From positions 1 to 55,351 of the forward strand of contig JAGQTK010000001.1 of the NCBI GenBank assembly GCA_020439065.1: a stretch of DNA of 55,351 nt, written 5' to 3'. The notes below the pieces were generated by a model. It worked only from the letters and a program-made list of their open reading frames with translations, had not been told where the DNA came from and did no database searches. Origin of the DNA: Microthrixaceae bacterium (lineage in GTDB: Bacteria > Actinomycetota > Actinomycetes > Actinomycetales > Microbacteriaceae). Of this stretch, positions 17,750 to 27,663 are shown one piece after another; position 1 is the stretch's first letter; each line of letters begins with the position of its first letter. Both the position numbers and the translations under genes were made by a program.

Positions 17750-18940
17750 TCAGGTCGTGAGCGGGTGCTCGGCGTGGCTCACGCCGGCCCGAAGGCGACG
17801 TCCGGGCAGGTTGAGCCAGGTGAGTGCGAGTCCCACGATCGTCCAGATGCCGAGAAGAAGCCATTGATTGGCGACGGCCGCGTCGGGGAAGTACGACAGG
17901 TTGCGGATGAGCGTCGCTGCGGCTCCCGGCGGCAGCCACTGGCCGATCGCGCCCCATGGGGATGCGATGAATTCGACCGGGACGGCGGCCGCCGAGAGCG
18001 GGTTCGCCACCAGCATCATGAAGGCGGCACCGACACCGGATCCGGCGGGGCCGATGAGGCCTGCGAGTCCGGTGATCGTGCTGGCGATGGCGGCGATGGC
18101 GAGCCCGAGAGCCGCGCTGTTGAGAAGGTAGTTGCCCTGCAGTGCGCCGAACATCCCCTGCAGCACTCCGGCGAGCACCAGGCCGGCTGCCGCGGCGTAG
18201 ACGACCACGCCGACGATGCGACGACCGCCGCCGCCCTTGAGGAGGGTCGTGAGCCCGATGCCGCCGATCATTCCACCGAGGATGATCGGGAACAGCGCAG
18301 AGGCGAGTCCCGCACCCCGTGAGTCGGTGTCGGCGAACGGCACGATGTCGGTGACCTTGACCGTCACGGTCGGGATCGAGATCGGGGTCGTCGCGCTCGC
18401 GTCCGGAAGCTGGGGAGCCTGGCCCTGCAGTGCCGCCTGGATCGCTGCCTGCATCGCGGCTGCGGCCTTCTCCTGGGCTGCAGCGAGGTTGCTCTCGACC
18501 GTCGTGCGGATCTGAGTGTCGATCTGCGTCTGCAGCTGCTGCGAGAGGCCGTCCATGAGCTGTGCGACCTGGGCATTCGCTGCCGTCGCCTTCAGGATCT
18601 CGGGAGCGTCGGTGGGCGTGGCGCCGAGGACGATCGCGCCATAGGCGTGACGCTCCTTGATCGCCTTCACCGCGGCGTCCCGGTCGTCGTACTGGGTGAG
18701 GGCGATCGCGCCGTCGGACTGCTCGGCGACGGCATCGCCCATCTGCTCGACCTGCGCGGACGTGCCCACGATGCCGACCGGCAGGTCGTGGGGCGACGCC
18801 GTGACCGCGGGCCAGGCGAAGGCAAGAAGCACGATGCCGACGATGAGGGACAGGGCGACGGCGATGATCGGCACGCGGATCCACGGCGTCGCAGCGCTCG
18901 CCTCGGGATCGACGACCGGTGAAGCGGTGTCGGTGGTCAT
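17750..18940 (-). CDS. ABC-2/YhgE-like membrane protein (permease)
   Basis: N-terminal TM, PHDLPVGIVG, extracytoplasmic domain, about 5 C-terminal TMs, WLPPGA. Confidence 0.75.
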   Translation of the reverse strand: MTTDTASPVVDPEASAATPWIRVPIIAVALSLIVGIVLLAFAWPAVTASPHDLPVGIVGTSAQVEQMGDAVAEQSDGAIALTQYDDRDAAVKAIKERHAYGAIVLGATPTDAPEILKATAANAQVAQLMDGLSQQLQTQIDTQIRTTVESNLAAAQEKAAAAMQAAIQAALQGQAPQLPDASATTPISIPTVTVKVTDIVPFADTDSRGAGLASALFPIILGGMIGGIGLTTLLKGGGGRRIVGVVVYAAAAGLVLAGVLQGMFGALQGNYLLNSAALGLAIAAIASTITGLAGLIGPAGSGVGAAFMMLVANPLSAAAVPVEFIASPWGAIGQWLPPGAAATLIRNLSYFPDAAVANQWLLLGIWTIVGLALTWLNLPGRRLRAGVSHAEHPLTT

Positions 18941-18959
18941 GGGGAAGCTCCTTTAAAAA

Positions 18960-18973
18960 CGAATGATCGTTCG
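18960..18973. promoter_or_regulatory. putative TetR operator
   Basis: Near-palindrome CGAATGATCGTTCG in the divergent intergenic region, next to TATACT (18975-18980). Confidence 0.5.
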
Positions 18974-19020
18974 CTATACTGAACCTTAGTACGATGATTG
19001 TCAACCTGGAGCCGGAGACG

Positions 19021-19659
19021 ATGCCGAAGATCAGTGACGAGCAACGCGACGCGAGACGCACCGAGATCATGAATGCTGCGCTGCGTTGCTTCGTGCGCTC
19101 GGGATACCAGCAGACCTCGATGGCCGACATCATCGCCGAGTCGGGGCTGTCCGCCGGCGCGATCTACAGCTACTTCTCGAGCAAGCAGGAACTCATCCGC
19201 GACGTCGCCGCCGGCGTGTTGGCGAACCGGCGCAGCGAACTCATCGCCGCGCAGCAGGATCACGTCCTGTCTCCGGCGGAGATCATCACGACGATCGCCG
19301 CCGGCTTCGGCAAGGACGCCCCGATCGAAGCACTGATCCAGACCTGGGCCGAAGCCACGGTCGATCCGGAGGTGCGAGATCTCGTGTTGAATGCGCTTGC
19401 CACGATGCGGACGGTCATCGTCGGCGCGCTGGCTCGGTGGGCAGAGAGCTTGCCCCGGCTGCCGGAAGGATGGGCCTCGGCTGAGGACTGGGCCGAGGTG
19501 AGTGCACCTGTGTTGATGAGCGTCCTGCCCGGCTTCGCCCTGCAACGCGCCATCGTCCCCGGATTCGACACCGCCCGCTTTCTCGACGCGCTCCCGACGT
19601 TGCTTCCGGGCCGCCCCGTACTGGCGACACGTTCTCACGCACCATCGCTGCCTGACTGA
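19021..19659 (+). CDS. TetR/AcrR-family regulator
   Basis: TSMADIIAESGLSAGAIYSYFSSK HTH. Confidence 0.92.
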   Translation: MPKISDEQRDARRTEIMNAALRCFVRSGYQQTSMADIIAESGLSAGAIYSYFSSKQELIRDVAAGVLANRRSELIAAQQDHVLSPAEIITTIAAGFGKDAPIEALIQTWAEATVDPEVRDLVLNALATMRTVIVGALARWAESLPRLPEGWASAEDWAEVSAPVLMSVLPGFALQRAIVPGFDTARFLDALPTLLPGRPVLATRSHAPSLPD

Positions 19660-19685
19660 GTCGGCAGCACTGAAAGGAGACGACG

Positions 19686-20366
19686 ATGAGGTTTCTGCTC
19701 CGCCACTGGTACGACCTGGGTCTCGCGCTCGCGATCGCCACTCTCGTGTGGCAGGCGTTCGCACAATATGACGGGCTTCGCCTGATCCTGCTGCTGAACC
19801 TCGTGGTGATCTCCCTCCATCAGTACGAGGAGTATCACTGGCCCGGGGGAGGCCCGTGGATGATCAACGTGGTTCTCGGCACGAAAGACGCCACGGTCGA
19901 CAGATACCCGCTGAACCAGCTCAACGCGTTGCTGAACAACTTCGTCCTGTGGCTCCTCTACCTGCTGCCCGTGATCTGGCCTGAGACGATCTGGCTCGGC
20001 CTCGGCGCGGTCCTCGTGGGTTTCGGCCAGCTGTTCGCGCACGGCGTGCAATGCAACATCAAGCTCAAGACCTGGTACAACCCCGGGCTCGCCACCGTCA
20101 TCATCGGCCACGTCCCGCTGGGTATCTGGTACCTCGTGGAGGTGTACCGCAACGACCTCATCAGCGGATGGGACTGGGTCGGGGCCATCGCCTACGTCCT
20201 GGTCGTCATGGGGATCATCGTCGGGGTGGGGTTCGTTCTGATGGGCAACAAGACCTCCCCTCATCCGTTCGCACGAGAGGAACTCGTCAGGTCGAACGCG
20301 GTGCGGCACCTCACCCGACTGGGGATCGCTCTGCCCGAAGCGCTGCTCCCCGAGTCGCATGCTTGA
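19686..20366 (+). CDS. HXXEE-domain membrane protein
   Basis: LHQYEEY motif, FAHG, YNPGL; multiple TMs; RBS GAAAGGAG. Confidence 0.85.
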   Translation: MRFLLRHWYDLGLALAIATLVWQAFAQYDGLRLILLLNLVVISLHQYEEYHWPGGGPWMINVVLGTKDATVDRYPLNQLNALLNNFVLWLLYLLPVIWPETIWLGLGAVLVGFGQLFAHGVQCNIKLKTWYNPGLATVIIGHVPLGIWYLVEVYRNDLISGWDWVGAIAYVLVVMGIIVGVGFVLMGNKTSPHPFAREELVRSNAVRHLTRLGIALPEALLPESHA

Positions 20367-21420
20367 GCTGGCAGAGCAGTTGCTCCCGATTCTGCACGCG
20401 GGAACGCGCGTCGCGGCGATCTCGGTGACGAGGGTCGCCCAAAGTGCGCCTCGCGGCGTCGGGGCGAGCATGGCGGTGACGGCTGACGGGAAGGTCATCG
20501 GCTCCATCTCCGGTGGCTGCGTCGAAGGCGACGCCGTCATGCTGGGACTGAGGGTTCTGCGCGAGGGGATCGGGCGGACCGCGAGTTTCGGGTTCGATGA
20601 CGAAGCCGCCCACGCCGCCGGGCTCGCGTGCGGCGGTGCGATCGACGTCGTCGTCTATCCCGTCACGCGGGAGCATGTCCCGATTCTCGAGCGAGTCGTC
20701 GACGGCGAGGCGGCAGCGATCGGTGTCTACGCTTCCGGCCCTCGGTGCGGCCAGACGGTGATGAGTCCGCCTGCGTTCGCCGCATCCGCTGTCGCGGGGC
20801 GCGAGAGCGTGCTGTTTCCCGCCGAGAACGAGCAGGCCGCCGATCTTCTGCTGCTTTCACGAGCGCCGCGTCCCCGGCTCATCATCCTCGGCGCCGGGGA
20901 GCATGGGGCTGCACTCTGTCGGATCGCTGCGGCCGCGGGCTACGCGGTATCGGTCTGCGACGCGTGGGGCACGCTCGTGACGCGCGACCGGTTCCCTGAC
21001 GCCGAGCAGCTCATCATCGACCTGCCGCACGAATATCTGGCCACGCTTAGGCCCGGGGATGTCGATGCGCGCACGGCGGTCTGTGTCCTCACGCACGACG
21101 AGCGAGTCGACATCCCCGCGCTGCAGCTCGCGTTGAGGATGCCCGTCGGGTTCGTTGGCGCGCTGGGTGCGCGTCGAACGGCGGCCCATCGGGAAACCGT
21201 GCTGCGACGATCAGGTCTGGATGAAGACGCGATCGCGCGGCTCCACTCGCCACTGGGGCTCGACCTCGGCGGATCCAGTCCCGTCGAGACTGCGCTGTCG
21301 ATCCTCGCTGAGATCACTTCTTCTCGGTACGCCGGGTCGGGGCTACCGCTTCGTGACCTTTCGGGTTCTCTGCATCATGACGTCGGCATCGAAGCGGATA
21401 GCCGGAGGCTGGTCGGATGA
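20359..21420 (+). CDS. xdhC: XdhC/CoxI-family molybdenum-cofactor chaperone
   Basis: GSISGGCVE, GLACGG, LTHD, LHSPLGLDLG. Confidence 0.9.
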   Translation: MLELAEQLLPILHAGTRVAAISVTRVAQSAPRGVGASMAVTADGKVIGSISGGCVEGDAVMLGLRVLREGIGRTASFGFDDEAAHAAGLACGGAIDVVVYPVTREHVPILERVVDGEAAAIGVYASGPRCGQTVMSPPAFAASAVAGRESVLFPAENEQAADLLLLSRAPRPRLIILGAGEHGAALCRIAAAAGYAVSVCDAWGTLVTRDRFPDAEQLIIDLPHEYLATLRPGDVDARTAVCVLTHDERVDIPALQLALRMPVGFVGALGARRTAAHRETVLRRSGLDEDAIARLHSPLGLDLGGSSPVETALSILAEITSSRYAGSGLPLRDLSGSLHHDVGIEADSRRLVG

Positions 21421-22028
21421 GCACGCGCGATTCAGATGCAACAGCTCCTCGGCTGTGCGGACTCGTCCTCGCAGCCGGGGCCGGCCGCCGCTACGGTGTG
21501 CCGAAGGCTCTGGTCCGCGATTCCGACGGCACGCCGTGGCTCACGCGTGCCGTCGACGCACTCCGACAGGGCGGATGCGATGACGTGGTGGTCGTGCTCG
21601 GCGCGCAAGCCGAAGAGGCCCGGAAGCTTGTGCCGGACCGAACGATGATCGTGCCCATCGAGGGTTGGCCGGAGGGGATGGCGGCGAGTCTGCGCGCCGG
21701 TCTGTCGGATCCCTCGTGCCGGGCAGCAGATGCCGTCGTCGTCATGCCGGTGGACACGCCGGATGCTTCTCCCCGCGCACTTCATCGGCTTGTCGCAACT
21801 TCGGCGTCGCGCACGCGCAATGCCCTTGCGCAGGCGACCTATGGCGGGAACCCTGGACATCCGGTGCTTCTCGGTCGAGATCATCTCGACGACATCGTGC
21901 GCATGCTGCACGGCGACGCGGGAGCCCGGGAGTACTTGGTCGCTCATGGCGTGTGCGAGGTCGAATGTGGGGATATCTGGTCGGGCGATGACGTCGACGT
22001 TCCTGTCGGTGCCGGGGTTCCGGGATGA
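21417..22028 (+). CDS. molybdenum cofactor cytidylyltransferase (MocA-like)
   Basis: LVLAAGAGRRYG.PKAL, GMAASL, PVDTP, GHPVL, GDAGAR. Confidence 0.88.
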   Translation: MSTRDSDATAPRLCGLVLAAGAGRRYGVPKALVRDSDGTPWLTRAVDALRQGGCDDVVVVLGAQAEEARKLVPDRTMIVPIEGWPEGMAASLRAGLSDPSCRAADAVVVMPVDTPDASPRALHRLVATSASRTRNALAQATYGGNPGHPVLLGRDHLDDIVRMLHGDAGAREYLVAHGVCEVECGDIWSGDDVDVPVGAGVPG

Positions 22029-22576
22029 CGTCGAAGATCGGGGTCGAGATGCAGGACGTGGTGCTGTCGGTGAACGGCGAGACGCATGCGCTCACGGTGG
22101 ATCCGCGCGAGAGCCTGCTCGACGTCCTCCGCGAGCGGGTCGGATTGACCGGGAGCAAGAAAGGCTGCGATCAGGGTGCGTGCGGTGCATGCACGGTGCT
22201 GGTCGACGGCGTGCGCACCGCCAGCTGCCTGGCGCTGGCCGTGCAGTACGGCGACGGACGTGCGATCACCACGATCGAAGGTGTCGGCGATTCCGAGAAT
22301 CCGCACCCGATGCAGCGGGCGTTCGTCGCACGGGACGGGTTGCAATGCGGGTACTGCACGCCCGGGCAGATCTGCTCAGCCATCGGGATGCTCGCAGAGT
22401 TCCAGGCGGGATGGCCGAGCGTCGTCACCGCCGACATCTCCGCTGGTCCCGAGCACCTCGACGATGGTGAGATCAGAGAACGGATGAGCGGCAACCTGTG
22501 TCGCTGCGGAGCACACAACGGCATCGTCGACGCCATCCGAGACGTCGCCACCGAAGCGGGGAGCGTCGCCCCGTGA
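22025..22576 (+). CDS. xanthine-dehydrogenase-family 2Fe-2S subunit (PaoA/YagT-like, no Tat signal seen)
   Basis: KKGCDQGACGAC, QCGYCTPGQ, GNLCRC. Confidence 0.93.
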   Translation: MTSKIGVEMQDVVLSVNGETHALTVDPRESLLDVLRERVGLTGSKKGCDQGACGACTVLVDGVRTASCLALAVQYGDGRAITTIEGVGDSENPHPMQRAFVARDGLQCGYCTPGQICSAIGMLAEFQAGWPSVVTADISAGPEHLDDGEIRERMSGNLCRCGAHNGIVDAIRDVATEAGSVAP

Positions 22577-23568
22577 AGACTTTCACGTTCTCCCGCGCCG
22601 CCGACACGGACTCGGCACTGCACACCCTGGCGCAGCCGGGAACGCGGGCTCTTGCGGGTGGCACGAATCTCGTCGACCTGATGCGCCGGGGAGTGGAGCG
22701 ACCGGACGGCATCGTCGACATCACCTCGTTGCCCCTCTCCGACGTGGCCGAACTCCCCGACGGGTCGATCCGCATCGGCACCACCGTGCGCAACAGCACT
22801 CTCGCGGCGCACCCCCTCATCCGGGAGAGATATCCCCTGCTGAGTCGGGCGCTCCTGTCCGGGGCATCGGGTCAGATCCGCAACATGGCTACCGTGGGCG
22901 GCAACCTTCTGCAGCGCACCCGTTGCCTGTACTTCATGGACGTCGAATCAGGGGTGGGGTGCAACAAGCGCGAACCGGGCAGCGGGTGCGGGGCGCGAGG
23001 CGGGTTCCAGCGTGATGCCGCGATCTTCGGTGCCAGCGACCAGTGCATCGCCGTGCACCCCTCCGATATGGCGGTCGCACTGGCGGCCCTCGACGCCGTG
23101 GTCGAGGTGCAGAGCACGACCGGCATCCGGCGGGTCCCCATCGGGGACTTGCATCGCCTCCCCGGGGACATGCCGCAGCTCGACACCACGCTCGATCCCG
23201 GAGAGCTGATCATCGCGGTCGAGCTGCCTCCGGCGATCTCGGCCCGATCGACCTATCGAAAAGTGCGCGATCGAGCCTCTTTCGCGTTCGCCCTGGTTTC
23301 TGTGGCAGCCGTTCTCGTCATCGAGGATGGCCAGATCACGGCAGCGCAGATCGCTCTCGGTGGCGTCGCGTCGCAGCCGTGGCGGGCGCGGGAGGCGGAA
23401 CGGGCGCTGATAGGAGCGGAGCCGACGAGAGACGGCTTCCGGCGCGCTGCCGACGCAGAACTCGCCGCGGCTGAAGGGCTTCCCGGCAACATGTTCAAGA
23501 TCGAACTTGCCAGACGAACCCTAGTGAGCGTTCTCGCAGAGCTCGCCGCCGAGGAGTCGGAGCGATGA
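22573..23568 (+). CDS. xanthine-dehydrogenase-family FAD subunit (PaoB/YagS-like)
   Basis: AGGTNLVD, ASGQIRNMATVGGNL, Cys-rich insert, YRKVRDRASFAF. Confidence 0.92.
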   Translation: MKTFTFSRAADTDSALHTLAQPGTRALAGGTNLVDLMRRGVERPDGIVDITSLPLSDVAELPDGSIRIGTTVRNSTLAAHPLIRERYPLLSRALLSGASGQIRNMATVGGNLLQRTRCLYFMDVESGVGCNKREPGSGCGARGGFQRDAAIFGASDQCIAVHPSDMAVALAALDAVVEVQSTTGIRRVPIGDLHRLPGDMPQLDTTLDPGELIIAVELPPAISARSTYRKVRDRASFAFALVSVAAVLVIEDGQITAAQIALGGVASQPWRAREAERALIGAEPTRDGFRRAADAELAAAEGLPGNMFKIELARRTLVSVLAELAAEESER

Positions 23569-25829
23569 CGCCGTCTCGCCAGCGGCCGACCTTCGAGAGC
23601 CCCGCCGCCTCCTCGTCGGTCGGCAAGGCGGTCGATCGAGTCGACGGGCCGCTCAAAGCAGCGGGTTCGGCCAAATACGCTGCCGAATACGACTATCCGG
23701 ATCTCGCCTACGCCGCCTTGACGTACTCGACCATCCCTCGCGGCCGGATCGTCGACATCGACACGCACGCTGCGCAGGGACACCCCGGGGTGGTATCGGT
23801 CATCACCCATCTCACTGCGCCGGAGATGACTCCGATCCGACGCCTCAACCCGCTGGTCCCCGGAAGCTTCACCTCCGGCACGCTGGTCAACTACCTCAAC
23901 ACCGGCCAAGTGCACTGGAACGGACAACCCGTCGCACTCGTCGTCGCGGAGACGCTCGAGGCCGCGCAGGAGGCAGCCCGCCTCGTGCACGTCACCTACG
24001 AGGCATCGCCTGCGACGGTCGACTTCGAGACGGAGCGGCACAAAGCGGAGCAGAAGAAGAGCCTCGTGAACACCCTCATGGGCGGTGATGCCGCTGTCGG
24101 CGACGCCGATGCCGCGCTGAAGGTCGCTCCGGTGAGCGTCGATCGGATGTACAGCACGCCCTACGAGAACCACAACGCCATGGAACTCCATGCGACGACG
24201 GCGATCTGGGAGGGCGGGCGGCTCACCGTCCATGACAACACCCAGAACATCGACTGGACGCGCAAGCACCTGGCGATCAAGTTCGGTCTGAAGGCGCGGG
24301 ACATCCGCGTCATCGCAACCTATGTCGGCGGCGGCTTCGGTGGAAAGTCGTCCGTGTGGGCGGTCACCGTGCTCGCCGCGCTGGCGGCGCAGGTCACCGG
24401 GCGCCCGGTGCGGATGATGCTGACCCGCGAAGGCGTCTACCGCACAGTCGGAGCGCGAAGCCCCACATCTCAACGCGTTGCTCTGGGTGCCGGCCATGAC
24501 GGCCGGCTCACCGCCCTCGTGCACGAGGGAGTCTCGCAGATCGGTCGCGTGGGTGGTCTACCCGAACCGGTCACCGCACAGTCCGGCCACATGTACGCGA
24601 CGCCGAACATCCGCCTGAGCGTCGCGACGGTCGAGACGGACACGCTGCCGAACACCTTCATGCGAGCGCCCGGTGAGGCTGTCGGCTCGTTCGCGCTCGA
24701 GTCGGCGATCGACGAACTCGCCACCGAACTGGATGTCGACCCGATCGAGCTGCGACGGCGAAACGAGCCGGAGCGAAGCCCTGTCGACGGCAAGCCGTTC
24801 ACGCGTCGTGACATGGACTCCGTATACGCGCGAGGTGAGCAGCTCTTCGGGTGGGGTGACCGCCCTTCGGGGCAACGAGCCGTCCGAGACGGGCGATGGC
24901 TGGTCGGCACGGGTATGGCTTCCGCGTTCTACCTGCCGGCCCGCGTCACCGCAGATGTCTCGGTGCGCCTCAACGCCGACGGAACCGTGCTCGTCCGCTG
25001 CGCCTTCCACGAGATCGGAGTGGGCGCCGCGACCGCCCAAGCGCAGATCGCCGCAGACGCACTGGGTGTGCCGTTCAGCGCCGTCACCGTGGAACACGGC
25101 GACAGCGAACAGCCCGTCGGCCCTGGTGCGTTCGCATCGGCACAGACCGCGAGCGTCGCGGCCAGCATCCTCGTCGCCTGTGAGCTGCTCACCCGCGATC
25201 TCGAACGAGTCGCCCGTCGGAACGGGCAAGGGCGAGAAGTCGGCGCCCCAGGTTCGCCGGCCGCCGCCTCCGCGGTGCTCCGGCGAGCCGGGCTCACACA
25301 TCTCGAAGTCCGCACCGGTTCGGACACCGCAATGGGACGCGCGGTCTCGCAGGCGCGACTGGTCGGAATGATCCTCAACGACCGGCGCCGGTTCGTCAGG
25401 GCGGCAACCGGCGCCCACTTCTGCGAGGTACGCGTCGACGTCGACACCGGCGAGGTCCGCGTCACGCGATGGCTCGGAGTCTTCGACGTCGGAAGGGTCA
25501 TCAACCCCAAGCTCGCCTCGAGCCAACTACGGGGCGGGATTATCATGGGCCTCGGAGCTGCGCTGTTCGAGGAGGCGCTCGTCGACCCGCGCACCGGCCG
25601 AGTCATGAACGCCGGAATGGCGGACTATCACGTTCCCGTCCACGCCGACCTACCGCACATCGACATCGACTATCTCGACGACCCCGATCCCACGACACCG
25701 CTGGGACTGCTCGGCCTCGGCGAAGTCGGAATCACCGGTGTGGCAGCGGCTGTCGCGAACGCCGTCTTCCACGCGACCGGAGTCCGCGTCCGCGACCTGC
25801 CCATCACCCTTGACCAGCTGCTGACCTGA
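23565..25829 (+). CDS. xanthine-dehydrogenase-family molybdopterin subunit (PaoC/YagR-like)
   Basis: VGGGFGGK, MRAPGE, GLGEVG, ANAVFHATG.R.RDLP. Confidence 0.93.
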   Translation: MTPSRQRPTFESPAASSSVGKAVDRVDGPLKAAGSAKYAAEYDYPDLAYAALTYSTIPRGRIVDIDTHAAQGHPGVVSVITHLTAPEMTPIRRLNPLVPGSFTSGTLVNYLNTGQVHWNGQPVALVVAETLEAAQEAARLVHVTYEASPATVDFETERHKAEQKKSLVNTLMGGDAAVGDADAALKVAPVSVDRMYSTPYENHNAMELHATTAIWEGGRLTVHDNTQNIDWTRKHLAIKFGLKARDIRVIATYVGGGFGGKSSVWAVTVLAALAAQVTGRPVRMMLTREGVYRTVGARSPTSQRVALGAGHDGRLTALVHEGVSQIGRVGGLPEPVTAQSGHMYATPNIRLSVATVETDTLPNTFMRAPGEAVGSFALESAIDELATELDVDPIELRRRNEPERSPVDGKPFTRRDMDSVYARGEQLFGWGDRPSGQRAVRDGRWLVGTGMASAFYLPARVTADVSVRLNADGTVLVRCAFHEIGVGAATAQAQIAADALGVPFSAVTVEHGDSEQPVGPGAFASAQTASVAASILVACELLTRDLERVARRNGQGREVGAPGSPAAASAVLRRAGLTHLEVRTGSDTAMGRAVSQARLVGMILNDRRRFVRAATGAHFCEVRVDVDTGEVRVTRWLGVFDVGRVINPKLASSQLRGGIIMGLGAALFEEALVDPRTGRVMNAGMADYHVPVHADLPHIDIDYLDDPDPTTPLGLLGLGEVGITGVAAAVANAVFHATGVRVRDLPITLDQLLT

Positions 25830-25888
25830 TCGTCGTTCAACCCACCAAAGGAAGCGCCGCCACGCGGCATCGACACACGGAGGTACTG

Positions 25889-26566
25889 ATGAGTTCACTG
25901 ATGGATCGTTACCGCAAGAACTGGCCCCGAGTCGGCGCGGTCGCCGCGATGGCCCTCGGCGGGGCGAGCGTGCTGGCATTCACGCGGAAGAAGCCGGGAA
26001 ACGTCCGGGCCCTCGCCGTCATGAACTCGATGACGATGTCGGCGCACCAGTACGAGGAATACGTCGACCCCGGCGACTTCCCCGGAATGGCGAACCGCGT
26101 TCTGTTTAAGAGCGGCCAGCCCCGCAACTGGCCGATGAACGCGCAAGGTCTGATGTGCGCGAACTGGGGCTTCAGCGCCCTGTACATCCCACCGATCCTG
26201 TTCCCCAAGGTGAAATGGCTGGTTCTTCCTGGAGCCGTCCTCGGGATCTTCCAGGCCTTCGCGCACGGCGTGCTCATGCCGCGCGCCGCACACACGCACT
26301 ACAGCCCGGGGATGATCACGTCGACCCTGCTGCATGTGCCGATCGGCATCGCCACCATTCGTGCTGTGCGCGCCGAGCAAGGCATCACGAAGGGCGACTG
26401 GGGCAAGACGATCGCCATGCTGGCGGGATTCTTCGCCGTCGGCGTCATCCTGCCCAACGCCGCCTATGCGAAGCGTGACTCGCCCTATCCCGTCAGTGAC
26501 GCCCAGCTCGGGAAATGGGCCGACGAACCGCTGCAGAAGAAGCGCCCATCCAAGCGCGGACGCTGA
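25889..26566 (+). CDS. HXXEE-domain membrane protein (second copy, divergent)
   Basis: AHQYEEY, FAHG, YSPGM, HVPIG; RBS GGAGG. Confidence 0.85.
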   Translation: MSSLMDRYRKNWPRVGAVAAMALGGASVLAFTRKKPGNVRALAVMNSMTMSAHQYEEYVDPGDFPGMANRVLFKSGQPRNWPMNAQGLMCANWGFSALYIPPILFPKVKWLVLPGAVLGIFQAFAHGVLMPRAAHTHYSPGMITSTLLHVPIGIATIRAVRAEQGITKGDWGKTIAMLAGFFAVGVILPNAAYAKRDSPYPVSDAQLGKWADEPLQKKRPSKRGR

Positions 26567-27279
26567 GCGGGTTCAAGCCAAGTCGCTGGCATCGGTCTTC
26601 ACTCGTTCGCCGGGCACCCCTGACTCGCCACACCGATAGTCCTACCCTGAGTCCTCCGCCGCCTCGAATCGATCGCCATCCGAGGAGTGCGATCGCGCCA
26701 GATACATGGCAGATGGCTCTCAAATCTGCTCCGCTGGCGAAGCTCGGCCGTCGGGTTAGTGTCTCCGCGGCGATGCAGCAACCTAGGAGAGGGCGACGAC
26801 GCCGAGCAACAGGACGGCAGGGAGAGTATCCGTCAGAGAGAGCCAGACGTTGATCGCGACCGCGACCCCTAGAGCAATCGTGCGCCCCACATGTAGCGCA
26901 GGGCAGAACCTGTCGGGCGCCTGGCCGCGTGGGGCGAACAGCGCCGGACGTACGAGCGCGGCCACTCAGAACCCGGACGTGACCAACGCTGCGGCGGTGT
27001 TGAATGCTGCCAACCACCAGAGCGTCGAAGCCCTTCTTCGGAGTCGCCGGGTCACCTGGCCTAGCCGACGTTGCCCCGCCCACGGTGTCGCGCCACCTGA
27101 AGTTCCTCAAGGAGGTCGACATGCTCGCTTCCGAACGACGTGAGTCAGTGAATCGTGGTGATCGCTGACGAAGCCGGAATCGCAATTCGACGGGCAAAAA
27201 TCCGTTACTCATCCTTGGGTGAGCAAATACGTCGCCTGCCACCCGACTGAAACCCAACTACGTGCTCTTGGCGCAGATT

Positions 27280-27384
27280 CTGACAACTCGGGTGAGACAA
27301 ATCAAAGCAGGAGGGCGTTCGAGATCTCGGATGATTCCGGTGATCGCGCGTCTCACTTCGTGACAGTTGTCGCGAGATCGGACA
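27280..27384 (-). repeat. tnsA-distal end of the Tn7-like element
   Basis: Spaced inverted TnsB-type sites; ends GAGATCGGACA followed by TSD CTTGT. Confidence 0.88.
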
Positions 27385-27389
27385 CTTGT

Positions 27390-27453
27390 TGTCCGATCTC
27401 ATCGGAGCTGTCCATTCCTCACGCACCTGTCACAACTTCTCATCGAGCCAGGT
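27390..27453 (+). mobile_element. tnsA-proximal-type end of an older, decayed Tn7-like element
   Basis: TGTCCGATCTCATCGGAGCTGTC, CCTCACGCACCTGTC, TCTCATCGAGCCAGGTC; starts immediately after the TSD; no tns genes follow. Confidence 0.75.
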
Positions 27454-27663
27454 CGTCGGGGGAACTTGTCCTAGCTTCACTGGCGTGACGAATGATCGCT
27501 GGCACCGACGCTCGTGCGAGCATCACGGTGCCAGCGATTGTTCGCTTTGTGAATCAGCGATCTGCGGGGACGGCCTCGGGACGTGCGTCGATGAGAATCG
27601 GTTCTGTGGGTGGCAGAAGAATGTCGGCGGGGCCGGTGCCGACGCCTGCCGCCGGGGCGGGCG

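Larger units (their letters stand above)
4418..27384 (+). mobile_element. composite Tn7-like transposon (tnsABC plus two tniQ)
   Basis: Starts TGTCCTG at 4418 and ends CGGACA at 27384; 5-bp direct repeat CTTGT at 4413-4417 and 27385-27389; TnsB-site arrays at both ends; tns operon inside. Confidence 0.9.

Noticed and set aside
26570-27250. Short ORFs, including a 60-aa hydrophobic one at 26783-26965
   Set aside because: No recognisable motif; possibly a decayed membrane-protein gene, but I cannot support a call.
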